In this document: positions 41,833 to 54,479 of the stretch, piece by piece
Position numbering within the stretch: the stretch's first letter is position 1
Layout of the letters: each line of letters begins with the position of its first letter
Assembly: GCF_009914755.1 (NCBI RefSeq)
Contig: NC_060937.1
Source: the human T2T-CHM13v2.0 reference genome, Homo sapiens
Length of the DNA stretch: 64,000 nt
Strand: one strand, 5' to 3'
Notes under the pieces: model-generated
Database searches by the model: none
Told to the model about the DNA's origin: nothing
What the model saw: only the letters and a program-made list of their open reading frames with translations
Made by a program: the position numbers and the translations under genes

Positions 41833-42285
41833 TTTCATGCGCATCCATGTGAAGAGACCACCAAACAGGCTTTGTGTGAGCAACATGGCTGTTTATTTCA
41901 CCTGGGTGCAGGCGGGCTGAGTCCGAAAAGAGAGTCAGCAAAGGGAGATAAGGGTGGGGCCATTTTATAGGATTTGGGTAGGTAAAGGAAAATTACAGTC
42001 AAAGGGGGTTTGTTCTCTGGCGGGCAGGAGTAGGGGTTGCAAGGTGCTCAGTGGGGGTGTTTTCTGAGCCAGGATGAGCCAGGAAAAGGACTTTCACAAG
42101 GCAATGTCATCAGTTAAGGCAAGGATGGGCCATTTACACTTCTTTTGTGGTGGAATGTCATCAGTCAAGGTGGGGCAGGGCGTATTCACTTCTTTTGTGA
42201 TTCTTCAGTTACTTCAGGCCATCTGGGCGTATACATGCAAGTCACAGGGGATGCGATGGCTTGGCTTGGGCTCAGAGGCCTGACA
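41833..42285 (-). promoter_or_regulatory. HERV-H 5' LTR7 (promoter/enhancer)
   Basis: TATA box CCTATAAAA; two ACAAAAGA motifs; intact downstream donor CAG|GTAAGC at ~41686. Confidence 0.9.
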
Positions 42286-43049
42286 CTCTTGACTTAGCTA
42301 ATGTCTTTTTAAAGATTGCTAAACTATCATATAATAGTGTTTCCTTAAAAAAGTTTGTGACAGAGGTCTTCAGTCACTTTTTAGTCACTCAGATGGATTG
42401 TTGTTACCTGTAATTACTCTCTTCTCAGATTTCAGTTCTCAAATTCTTTAGCTCAAGATGAATGCCTAAGAATGTAAAAATCATGCTTTACTCTTGAATA
42501 CTTAGCATAGTTCTCTTGATGTGTGCCACCCAAAATGAAGAACAGATAGGCTGACACCTTGATGAACTAAGTACTTTTTGGTTTTCTTGGTAAATCATGA
42601 TGGAAGGCAAAGAAGAAGTAGGCACTTTCTTCACAGGGTGGCAGGATGGAGTCAGTACTTGATTTTATTTTCTTTAAATAGATACCCAGTAGTGGGATTG
42701 TTTGATCATACGTTAGTTCTGTTTTTAATTTTTTCATACTGTTTTTCATAATGGCTGTATTAATTTAAATCCCCACAGAAATATGTAGGGTTCCCTTGTC
42801 TCCATATTCTCACTAACACTTGCTGTATTTTTTTCTTTTTCACAATAGCCATTATAGCTGGAGTGAGGTGATATCTCAATCTGGTTTTAATTTGTATTTT
42901 CTTAATGATTAGTGATGCTGAGCACTTTTCATATACCCATTGCTATTCTATTGCAGAGTAATATCTGTCTAGGTCTTTTGATCATTTTTTAATTAGGTTA
43001 TGTGTTTTCTTGCTGTTGAGTTCCTTATGTACTATAAATATTGACCCCT

Positions 43050-45459
43050 TGATATGGTGTGGCTCTCTGTCCCCACCCAAATCTCATCTCAAATTGTAAT
43101 TCCCACGTGTTGAGAAAGGGACCTTGTGGGATGTGATTAAATCATGGGAGAGGTTTCTCCCCTGCTGTTCTAGTGATAGTGAGGGACTTCTCACAAGATC
43201 TGATGGTTTAAAAGTGGTGGTTTCCCCTGCACTCTCTCTCCCTCCTGCCACAATATAAGATGCACCTTGTTTCTCCTTCACCTTCCACCATGATTGTAAG
43301 TTTCCTGAGGCCTCCAACCCATGTGGAACGGTATGTCAATTAAACTTTTTGTTTATAAATTACCCTGTCTTAGGCAGTTCTTTATAGCAGTGTGAAAATG
43401 GACTAATACAGAGAATTGGTACCAGGAGAGGGATACTGCTGTAAAAACACCTGAAAATGTGGAAGCGACTTTGAAACTGAGTAATGGGCAGATGCTGGAA
43501 CAGTTTGGAGGGCTCAGAAGAAGAAAGAAAGATGTGGGAAAGTTTGAAACTTCCTAGAGCCTTGTTGAATGATTTTTACCAAAATGCTGATAGTGATATA
43601 AACAATGAAGTCCAGGCTGAGATGGTCTCAGATGGAAATAAGGAACTTATTGGGAACCGGAGCAAAAGTCACTCTTGCTATACCTTAGCAAAGAGACAGG
43701 TGGCATTTTACCCCTACCCTAGAGATCTGTGGAACTCTGAAATTGAGAGAGATTATCTAGGGTATCTGGTGAAAAAAAATTCTAAGCCGCAAAGCATTCA
43801 CAATGTGAACTGGCTTTTCCTGAAAGTGTTCACTCACATGCATTCACAAAGGAGATGATTTGAAATTGGAACTTATGTTTAAAAGGGAAGCAGAGCACAA
43901 AGCCTTGGAAAATTTTCAGCCTGACCATGTGGTAGAAAAGAAAAATCCATTTTCTGGGGAGGACTTCAAGTTGGCTGCAGAAATTTGCATAAGTAAGGAG
44001 GAGCCAAATGTTAATAGCCACAACAACGGGGAAAATGTCTCTAGGGCTTGTCAGAGACCTTCATAGCAGCTTGGGCAGTTAAATGAGAAAGACGTCTCCA
44101 GGGCTTGTCAGAGACCTTCATGGCAGCCCCTCCCATCACAGGCCCAGAGCCCTAGGAGGAAAAAATGGTCTCATGGGCCAGCCCCAGGGACCCACTGCTC
44201 TATGCAGCTCTGGGTTATGGCACTCTGCATCCCAGCTGCTCCAGCTCTAGCCATGGCTAAAAGGGTCCAAGGTACAGCTCAGGCTATTGATTCAGATGTT
44301 GCAATCCCCAAGCCTTGGCAGCTTTCACATAATGTTGGGCCTATGGATACACAGAAGGCAAGAGAGGAGGTTTGGGAACCTCTACCTAGATTTCAGAGGG
44401 TGTATGGAAACGCCTGGATGTCCAGGCAGAAGTCTGCTGAAGGGGTGAATACCTCATGGAGAACCTCTGCTTGGGCAGCATGGAAGGAAAATGTGGTGTT
44501 GGAGCCACCACACAGAGGCTCCACTGGGGGACTGCCCAGTGGAGCTGCAAGAAGAGAGTCACCATTCTCCAGAACCCAGAATGGTAGATCCACCAACAGC
44601 TTGCACCATGCATCTGGAAAATCCACAGGCACTCAACGTCAACCCATGAAAACAGCCACAGGTGCTGTAATCTGCAGAGTAACAGGGATGGAGCTGTCCA
44701 AGACTGTGGGAACCTACTCCTTGCATTAGTTTGCCCTGGATGTGAGACATGAACTCAAAGGAGATTTTGGAGCTTTAGGATTTAATGACTGCCTGGCTGG
44801 GTTTCTGATTTGTATGGGGCCTTTGTCCACTTTGTTTTGGCCAATTTCTCCCATTTAGAATAGGAACATTTACCCAATTCCTGTATCCCCATCGTATCTT
44901 GAAAGTAACTAACTTGTTATTTATTTTACAGGCTTATAGGCAGAAGAGACTTGCTTTGTCTCAGATGAAACTTGGACTTTGACTTTTGGGTTAATGCTGG
45001 AATGATTTAAGACTTTAGGGAATTGTTGGGAAGGCATGATTTGTTTTGAAATGTGAAAAGGACATGATATTTGGGAGGGGCTGGGGCAGAATTATATTGT
45101 TTGGCTGTGTCCCCACCCAAATCTCATCTTGAATTATAATCCCCGTGCATCTAAGGAGGGACCTGGTGGAAGGTGATTGGATCTGGGGAGCTGTTTCCCC
45201 TATGCTGTTCTCATAGTAATAAGGGAGTTCTTAGGAGATCCAATGGTTTAAAAGTGGCAGTTTCCCCTGTGCTCTGTCTCTCTCTCTTTCTCCTACAACC
45301 ATGTACGACGAGCCTTGCTTTCCCTTTGCCTTCTGCCATGACTGTAAGCTTCCTGATGCCTCCCAGCCATGCAGAACTGTGAGTCAACTAAACCCCTTTC
45401 TTTATAAATTACCCAGTCTGAGGCAGTTCTTTATAGCAGTGTGAAAACCGACTAATACA
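43050..45459 (+). mobile_element. Full MaLR element (THE1D/MSTA-type): LTR 43050-43410, internal region, LTR 45092-45459
   Basis: tgatatgg...ccccacccaaatctcatct...gactaataca at both ends; internal aattggtaccag...ctgaaaatgtggaagcgactttg; TSD cccct/cccca. Confidence 0.93.
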
Positions 45460-46029
45460 CCCCAACCTGATGTATAGTTTGTAACTATCTTTTCCTATTC
45501 TGCAAGTTTTCTCTTTACTCTCTTGATTGCTTCCTTTGTTGTGCAGAAGCTTCTTAGTTTGATGTAAACCTGTTTGTCTGTTTTTGCTTTTTTTGCCTGT
45601 CCTTTTGAGTTCTTTTCCAAAAACTTCTTGCCCAGACCAAGATCATGGAACTTCAACACTATGTTTTTTTCTAGCAATTTCATAGTTACAAGTCTTACAT
45701 TTAAATCTTTATTTTGAGTTGATTTTTGCATTTGGTGAGAGATAAGTGTGTATTTTATTATTTGGCATGAGAGTATCTAATTTTTCTAACATCATTTATT
45801 GAAGAGACTGGTCACAGAATTTGAATTATCAAAGTGTGCTTTTTGTAGCTATTTTGTTTTGGGCAATTCTATATGCAGATTCAAAAATCTAATATACTTC
45901 ATTTTGATTTCTAATAAATTCACATCTTAGTATTTATAATTGACCACATATAATTATACTATAAATTACTTTTCTTTTACTTCTCCTTTACATTACAGTT
46001 ATAGTATCTTTTAAAAATTTATTCGTTGT

Positions 46030-47058
46030 ACATTCTGTATATTAGTCCTTTGTCAGATGTATCAATTGTGAAGATTTTCTCCCACTCTGTGGGTTGTCTC
46101 TTTACTCTGCTGACTGTTTCTTTTGCTGGGCAAAAGCTCTTTAGTTTAATTAAGTCCCAGCTATTTATCTTTGTTTAGATTGCATTTGCTTTTGGATTCT
46201 TGGTCATGAAATCCTTACCTAAGCCAATATCTAGAAGGGTTTTTCCAATATTATCTTCTAGAATTTTTATATTTTCAGGTCATAGATTTAAGTCCTTGAT
46301 CCATCATGAGTAGATTTTTGTATAAGGTAAGAGATGAGGATCCAGTTTCATTCTCCTACATGTGGCTTGCCAATTATCCCAGCACCATTTGTTGAATAGG
46401 GTATCCTTTCCCAACTTTATGTTTTTGTTTGCTTTGTTGAAGATTAGTTGGCTGTAAATATTTGGGTTTATTCTGAGTTCTCTATTCTGTTCCATTGGTC
46501 TATGTGCCTATTTTTATACCAGTATCATGCTGTTTTGGTGACTGTGGCCTCATAGTATAGTTTGATATCTGGTAATGTAATGTCTCCAGATTTTTATTTT
46601 TTATTTTTTTGCTTAGCCTTACTTTGGCTCATGCAGGCTCTTTTTTGGTTCCATATGAATTTTAGGATTGTCTTTTCTAGTTCTGTGAAGAATGATGGTG
46701 GTATTTTCATGGGAATTGTATTGAATTTGTAGATTGATTTTGGCAGAATGGTTATTTTCACAATATTGATTCTACCAATCCATGAGCATGGGATGTATAT
46801 CCATTTGTTTGTGTCATATATGACTCCTTTCAGCAGTGTTTTTTAATTTCCCTGTAGAGGTCATTCACCTCCTTTGTTAGGTATATGCCTAAGTATTTTA
46901 TTTTTTTGCAGCTATTGTAAAAGGGGTTGAGTTCTTGATTTGATTCTCAGCTTGGTTGCTGTTGGTATATAGAAGAGCTACTGATTTGTGTACATTAATT
47001 TTGTATCAATAAACTTTGCTGAATTATTTTGTCAGTTCTAGGAGCTTTCTGGAAGAGT
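46030..47058 (-). mobile_element. L1PB-type ORF2 fragment
   Basis: ORF 46304-46495 [41 protein letters not shown]; antisense ORF2 text through gttctaggagctttctgg. Confidence 0.88.
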
Positions 47059-50000
47059 AAAGCATTCTATGATCTATTATCGTATCACTCTACCTTTCTA
47101 CCTCTTTTCCTCATGCCCCATTCTTTTTAGTCTTGTTTACTCCTCTTTATAAAATAATTTGGTTTCCCTAACCCTTCAGACTCTTGCAGATCTTGTGTCT
47201 AGAGAGTTCTCCCTATGGCAGCTGTCCTCCATCCCTTATTATAGTCCCTCTATTCCCTTACAATAAATCTTACTAATAAATATCTCCTTGATAAACTGGA
47301 ATTTGTTTTCTACCTGGCACATTGTTATCTTAGCAAAACAGACTAACTCAAATTCCATCAAGATTAGAAAATGGCATGGAATACAAATACATACATTCTA
47401 CAGTATTTCCAGAACAGATTAATACGTGTTTAAAAGTTGGTGAGAGATTTCTTCAGAAGCTCATTAAAGTAACTCAGCCTTCTTAGACTGCTCTGTCAGG
47501 CAAAAGATTATTGTTTCCTTCTTTCCTTTATTGTTCTTAAACTAATCCCTCTTCAATGTGCAGCACAGATAGTTAATCCCTTAAACAGCCAGGTGGGAGC
47601 TCTTACTGATGGTATTATAATGGTCAGCACTGGTTTTAGGGAGGTCAGATCAAGCCCTAACAAACAGGAAGGAAAGTATGAATGTCAATGGTAATGATTA
47701 TTAAACAGACTGTGGAAAATAGAGAAAAGATTAAGCCAAGTTTAGATGATCTCCGAGTGCACTTAAGTCACAATGGTGCTTGGCTGCTCATAGCCATGTT
47801 CTTCACAAAGGACAAAGCGGGGCAGCAATTTAACAACACAGCTGGTTTTCCTTCCTCAAGATGGCAGTAGTTTAAGTCTGGATGTGGTAAAAAAGAAAAA
47901 AAAAAGGCCACTAATACATACAAACTATGACGTTTTACATTTTTTATTGGCTTGAAAACTCAACTCTTTTGACTGGGCTACCAAAGAAAAAATTAAAAAG
48001 CAAGTAATGTGAAGTGATATTGAAAAGGTTGGTTTTTTAAAAATATGTAAGACAAAATGTGTTTTCTCTAATAACTAAAACAAAAAAAAAATTCCAAAAT
48101 GTAATTTTCAAATCAACCTGACCTGTTACTTCACATCTGATCCCTTGTTCAGTCAAGATTCAGAATTGAAACTATGCATAAGTCTTTTTTTCCTAAATAT
48201 GCCAGATATAGGCTCTATCCTAAATTCTTTCACTAATTCCACAAATCCATGCTGAGAAACAATGGCAGTTTTGCCAGGTAGGAAAATGAGAGCATCACAT
48301 AACTGTACTGGTACTGCTGGCAGATGTCAACAGTCATGATCATTGTCCAGGAAGATAAATGAAAGGCAACATTCAGTTTTCCAACAAATAAAATGTTAAC
48401 ACGTTTGAAGATAGAAGATGGCATTTTTCATTTTAATTTAAAAAATAAACAATATTTTATATCAACATAACTATTGAGACCTTTATGTTAAAAACACATA
48501 TTTCTTCATGAGTACAAAATCACATATATCACACATTGATTTCTATATTCCTTAAATAGCTGGATTATATTTCCTAATTTATAGCTCTAAATGAACCTTA
48601 ATTTCAAAAAACCTAGATTGATATTACCTACATTGGAAGTGATTTAATCATAACTTATTTAATTAATTTATAACAAAAGTAAATATAAAACATAGTATGA
48701 TTATTTTAATGTAATTTGATTTCTACATAATAGTTTTATTTAAATATTATACATATTTCTTATTCCCGTTTTGAAAAATTAATAAGGATATTTCAAAAAG
48801 ACACATATTTTTATCTATTTCTATGTGTGTATTTTATTCTAGAATGTTCTACGTATTGGCATATCTTTTCACTATTATGTCATTTTATGAAGTTATAAGT
48901 ATGCCCTTCCAAGTATAAAATTTATAGTCTGTGTTTTCTTTTCTTACCTATAATCAGAAAGCACTAATGTTGATGAAAATTTCTTTGTTGTGAATGAGAA
49001 AGAGAGAAACAAATGAGAGAGGGAAAAAAAATAAAACTCGCTATATGTTCTTTGTGAATGGCTTAAAACTAGACAATTATTGAGGCAACACATTTCCCAC
49101 CCTCATGCCCACCCCAATCTTTTCTCCTGTGAACATGGCATTTATCACTTAGTGGGGGTTTAAAGCAGGTGAAAAAATTAACTCTAATGATTTTCTTTTG
49201 CTTTCTGATATAGAAGGTGTGTAAGGTCTGGGAGGCAGGCCTGTGTCAGGCAGAGGTGTCATTAACTAGTGTGCAATGGTGATTTGAGTGTGTTTATAGC
49301 AACTTGGCCCTGAGTAATTCCAGAGAAATGAAATAACATGCCTTTCCAAACAAAGTAGAATAAAGCTCCTCATTAGTAGAAGAGGCCAGTATGTCTCTTG
49401 GGGATGTCACTCATCTCAGGCAGTCTACACTAAATGGATTGTTTTAGGGCCACATAATGGATAATCTTCTTACTGTTAATTTTTTTCCTGCTATTAACAT
49501 TGTCATGGCTTCCTAAACTTCAGGGATCACTTATTTAGTTTGTTTGGAACTATTAAAAACATTGTCTATCTCATTATTCCTGTGATTTGTATTTCATTTC
49601 ACACTTTCATCTGTTCTATCCTTTTCAGTCATTTGTGTGTTGTTCCTTGCCTGGTGCTGTTAGCACTGAGCACTGGAGTGGTACCTGATCTATCAGTATG
49701 CCATCCTCAGATGTCTGATCTGTGCCAATGTAATAAGAATGAATGTTCCATGACATATCTAAGATAAAAAATGTCATATAAAGAAAAGTTTCGCTCAAAT
49801 TCTTTACTTACCAATATTATCATTAGGTCCAATACTGTATTAATTATTTTTCTTGGTTTTTCTCTCCTTCCCTTGAGTTTTACTAGAAAGCTGCAATTGT
49901 CATAGCCCATGAAAAATGGCAGCTGCTGGCTCTCGGTTAATAGCTGTTGCTTTTGCTAAGGCTCCTTGGCCACACCACCATACAGGTGCAGTTAACTTTT

Positions 50001-50829
50001 ATTCAGTAGGGAGAAGTCTCCAGAACTTGTGCTGAAAGCTTGCTACATAAATTTTTGCCAACATCCCAAGATTTCAGTTCTCAGGTCTAAATAGTCATTG
50101 GTATTCCCCACCTACTCCCATCCAAGCTCTTCAGCCTTTAATATACTGATGACAAGATTGGTACCACTCTACGTCTTTGAGAAACTATCTCATTTTCCTT
50201 CAGTTTGAGTAATCTTCATATCTGTTACCCAGAACTACCAGCCTTCAACACCTTCTATTTTAGGAAAAATTTCTAACTAATTTTCTTGATGAGTTTAGGG
50301 GATACATAGCGTAATCGTAGTCTAAGGGGGCAAAATCAACTCTTACAGGTGATTTGCTGTGGCCTAGGCCATGTCTTGAAAATTAGATAATTTCACATCA
50401 AAATCTAGATAGTAGGATGTTCTTCAAACATAAAGAGGTGATTAATCATGACTAAGGATAAGTGAATCCATAATTTAAAAACCACTATGTTGACTAAAAA
50501 AAACTCAATAGGAAAACTTCCACATTAAAGAGTTAATCTATTACTTGACAAATATGAGTTTTTCCTCATATTTAGTGAATATTTGATGATTATGACTGCA
50601 TGAAATATGTTTTCATAAGGTAAGTGAATTTCAATTTCTTGAAAACCTCCCTGTATCAGTCTCTTTTTAGGTAGTTTTGATAGAATTAAAATATTAATAT
50701 AGCCCCTGACTGCAGAGATGAAGACGTGGTATAAATCTGGTTATTCAGAGCTAGAGACACTAAATGGTAAGATTTTTAAAATAATAATAAGACATATGTT
50801 CTCTTTTATGTAATTCTTCACACTGTGAG

Positions 50830-51075
50830 GATGTTGCCCCAGCAATGATGGAGGCAATAACAAGTAGAGAGCCTACTAAGAGTGAAGCCAATGTGGAGAA
50901 AAGCAGAACTCAGGGCAGAAAGTGAGGGTGCATGATGCCCATTGAGCCTATGTTTTTGGCCACTCTGAACTTGGTCTTTCCCAGGGCATTTTAAATCCAT
51001 AAGCTAATACACTCCCATTCTTCTCTTAGCCATTCTGAGTTAGGTTTCTGTCATTTGAAATCAAAGGTCCTAACA
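50830..51075 (+). mobile_element. Old MLT1 LTR 3' fragment
   Basis: aagctaatacactccc...cttagccattctgagttaggtttctgtcatttg...aaggtcctaaca. Confidence 0.5.
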
Positions 51076-51297
51076 GGGAACCTTCTGACATACATATTTT
51101 TCCATTCATGAATTATCTTGTTCTTAACTCTTTTCTTTCTTCTAACATTTCTCTATACTCTTTTCAATAGATCCCTTCATACTTTCTACCCCTTCCAGTT
51201 GATTGAACTTACCAGCATCTTGAGAAACAAATGTTATTTGTGGCAGTCTGGCATGCTGAACAACTGTGAGAAGCTAGCATAAAATGCTAGACTGTTA

Positions 51298-51355
51298 ACA
51301 CAACACACATGCACACACACACACAGACACACACACATGCACATACACACACACA
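51298..51355. repeat. Imperfect (CA)n microsatellite
   Basis: Direct reading. Confidence 0.85.
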
Positions 51356-54300
51356 AATAACTTTCTTGCTTTCTAAATCACTGAAATTTAGGAGGCAATT
51401 TAGACTATCATCACTAATTTGTCAACATATTTTATAATTCAAATTTAGCTGTTGGTCATGTTGTGATTCACAAAGAAGGTAAAAATTTATATGGAATAAT
51501 TTTAAATATCTCTACAATTATTTGAAACATATTACATTTAAAGTCTCTATTAAATGCTAGCTGTGGAGGATGTTTTGCTTTTTTATAGTTTAAACATATA
51601 AGAAATGGGAATATCAGAGTGGAGAAAATAAAATTTATGGTAAATTAATCTATATTTGAATTTTAGTTAAATCCATTATAAATTCCTTCATTTAAAATGG
51701 TAGTAAGAGTGTTAATGTGAAATTAGTGGATTACAAATAAAATGTAAAACAAACAAATTGAAAAGGAAATCCAGAGGACAGTAAGGTCACATGTCGAAGC
51801 AAAATCATCCTGCTTTTTCAAATAATTTGAATTTCCACTCTTGTAGCATTTGACCAGTATTCATAAAATCCACCCCAGGACTAAAATTATTGGTGAATGG
51901 TTGGAAACTGAGGTGAGCAGGCATTTAGTAATTGTTCAGTGGTCTGTAAAATGAATTTCTGATCTCAGTCCAGTCATAAAACCTATCATCACAATTGATG
52001 CAAGTCAATGCCTTTTCCATCAGTCTCATCAGAGAAATCTGGGACTGCCTGAACACAGACACAAAAATGTCTCCTATAGACCCAAAATCTAAGTCAAAAT
52101 TAAGGATCACTGATAAGGAAGTCACTGTCTGTATTTGAATCACTGTGTAACTAAATGCAAAGCTTTAAATGATCATTCTAGTTCTTTTAAGAAGATTTAC
52201 ACTCTCTCTGAAGATAGAGTAGAATAGATATTGTGAAAATCCTACATCCTATAGGAGAAAAATTGGAGATAGAAAAAGTCTCATCCCATGGGCAGAAAAG
52301 TGGAGGATCGCCTAAGGTCTTAGTCAATACAACAAACATTCTTACTTAGAAGTGGAGTGAGGTCCAAAGAGTACCCTTTGTGTCCAAGTAAACCAATGCA
52401 ATTCAGAGTGGTTTAGAAGGTCAAAATTAAAATATATATATAAATGAAATGTTTTTATTCCTGTCTGAAATGACTTGACAATATTATATTTGCAAAATTC
52501 TAGGTGTCCTCCAGGGATTTTTCACAAGCCTTAAAATAACCTTTCTCTCTCAATCAATGTCACTCTTTATTTGACAAGTTTTAACTTCCAGCCACATTCA
52601 TAAAGTTATACTTTTTTCTGTCAGGTTCTGTTTAAGTGGGTCTCGGGGAATCAATTGAGAAAATTAGAAACGAGCTCTACTTGACACCCAGTGTCCAATT
52701 CTTCAGTCCAGCTATAACTGGCCCTGGCTGCCCTTCTCCTTGATTTCCTAAAAAACTCTTGTGATTTTTTTCTATCCTGAATGTTCTTTCATCTTATCAT
52801 CCTCTTGTGATTGGAGAATCGGATAAAGCTGAGATTTTAGGATATGTATAATCTTTGTCATGGTCTGGTCTTAGATATTGGGAAGGTGATATTTTGGAGT
52901 ACTAATTTTTCTAGCTAGAAATAGGTGCTACATGCAGCAAGAACTCAAGAATTTGCAATTTGCAAGATTTAGATCAGGTCACTAAATGAGAAAAAATATA
53001 AGATTACCTTGAGTACAGCCACCTCCAAATTAAAGATAAAATCCCTCTGAATCTTATGGACTATGGTTGAAATGTGACAGCAGTGCTTACTTGAGAGGAA
53101 ATGTTATAATGTGTAAGGAAGTATAATCTGCACCGACATTAGTGAAGTCTAATATCTTTGATTTAGGTGTGGTATGGAACACTGAGGCTAGCAGACATCA
53201 TAAACATGTAAATTTTATCCTTAACATATTTTAACCTGTAAATATAACTAGTCTCTTCTCTACTTTTTATCACTGACCTCCTGTATAGGAAGGGTGTGAG
53301 GAGAAGCCCCTGACGTCTTAAGTGTTTCAGCCAGAAAAGAACTGGCTATCTTCAAAATACCTACATTTATATGGCGCATGGTCCTGGACTGTGTAATGTT
53401 AACTGGAAAAAGGCTGGAAAATATTTTCTCAGAACCTCATACCCTGTAAGATTCTAAGTTCTAACTGACCAAAAGAGGAATTGGGAGATATTTGAAAGGT
53501 GAAAAGGAAACAAAAAGCCATTGTCTCAGAAGGTCATAATATTCAAACATAGTGACACACCTAGAGTTGCCAGAGGGTCTCAGTTAGTCCTTGGTCTGCT
53601 CTGTTTCCCTTCTCAACTGTTGGTCTTGCTGCTCAAAGCAGCCCCAGATTTACCAGCAGGCACTTGGCTGTGAACTCACTTGGGGGTAGCTACACAAAAG
53701 AAGCAGCTTCTCTAGAGACGGCACTTCACATACACTTTTCTAGGAGCTTCCTCTTCACAGCCTTACTTTAGTTGTCAGGTATGTTTGGCTTTTCAGAGTC
53801 TCTTGCAAGCATCACTGATTCATGCACACAACATTTTATTGGTTGTCATTTGTATTTCAATTTCTTTTTATTTCAGGTATTCAGTCACAGGAAAATTGTA
53901 CTATGGATAAAAGAATTATTATTAAACTCTTTCTATATGAAATATTCCTTTTGTTCAGTTTTACTGATTACAAGCAATGTAATTGTCAGATCATCCATAA
54001 ATGAAATATAGACATATCGTAAAATTTGGGCCACCCCCATCAGCATAGACTTAATCTCAAGAATAAAGTCATACAAATTGTCAATAAGTGGGATAAAACA
54101 AAAGAATAAATTTGGTTGTTTAAATTGTTTCAGCATATATTAAACCTGTCGTGAAAAATGTTGTGCTCCCCGATCAGTGTCCTGAAAGAAGTCCCTAATT
54201 ATGAGGTCTTCTGCTACCTCTGTCAGCACCTTTATTTAATACTTGTTGGATTTTCTAACTGCTTTCATTTCAGGATACTCTATTGGACCAAGGCATATAC

Positions 54301-54479
54301 AAGCATTGAGGATCTGACATTTCATTGCCAGCTGCAAACTTTTCTTTCCCTTGGTAAATTGGCAGAAGACCTGATCATTTGCTTTGTTTATAGTTGTTTT
54401 ATTCTTTCTGTTTAGGAAAGAAATTGTTTAGGAAAGAAAAGCAAACATGACAGTCTAAGCCCATGAGTAGAACTAGAAT

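Larger units (their letters stand above)
36311..42285 (-). mobile_element. HERV-H provirus (LTR7-int-LTR7), common env-deleted ~6-kb form
   Basis: Two 453-bp LTRs starting TGTCAGGCCTCTGAGCCCAAG on the minus strand; perfect TSD CTCTT at 36306-36310 and 42286-42290; His primer site; gag zinc knuckle, protease and RT remnants. Confidence 0.98.
36264..42655 (-). pseudogene. Putative processed retrocopy of a THE1-LTR-initiated spliced RNA (42291-42655 plus 36264-36310, split by HERV-H)
   Basis: LTR fragment 42593-42655 ends at CATGATT, where intact LTRs continue GTAAGT; flanking direct repeat 36247-36263 / 42656-42673; T-rich 3' end. Confidence 0.6.
35670..45810 (-). mobile_element. L1MA-type element in three pieces (35670-36263, 42656-43049, 45460-45810) separated by nested insertions
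   Basis: 3' UTR (tgcattgtgaaatggctaaatctagctaac...gcattacctcacatag); ORF2 text is collinear across the gaps (gatactgattt... / ...gatacccagtagtggg; ataaatattgacccct / ...ctgatgtatagtttg). Confidence 0.8.

Noticed and set aside
44202-44729. 175-aa ORF, the longest in the window
   Set aside because: Lies within the MaLR internal region; the homologous stretch in the second MaLR is broken by stops and frameshifts. No sign of a host gene.
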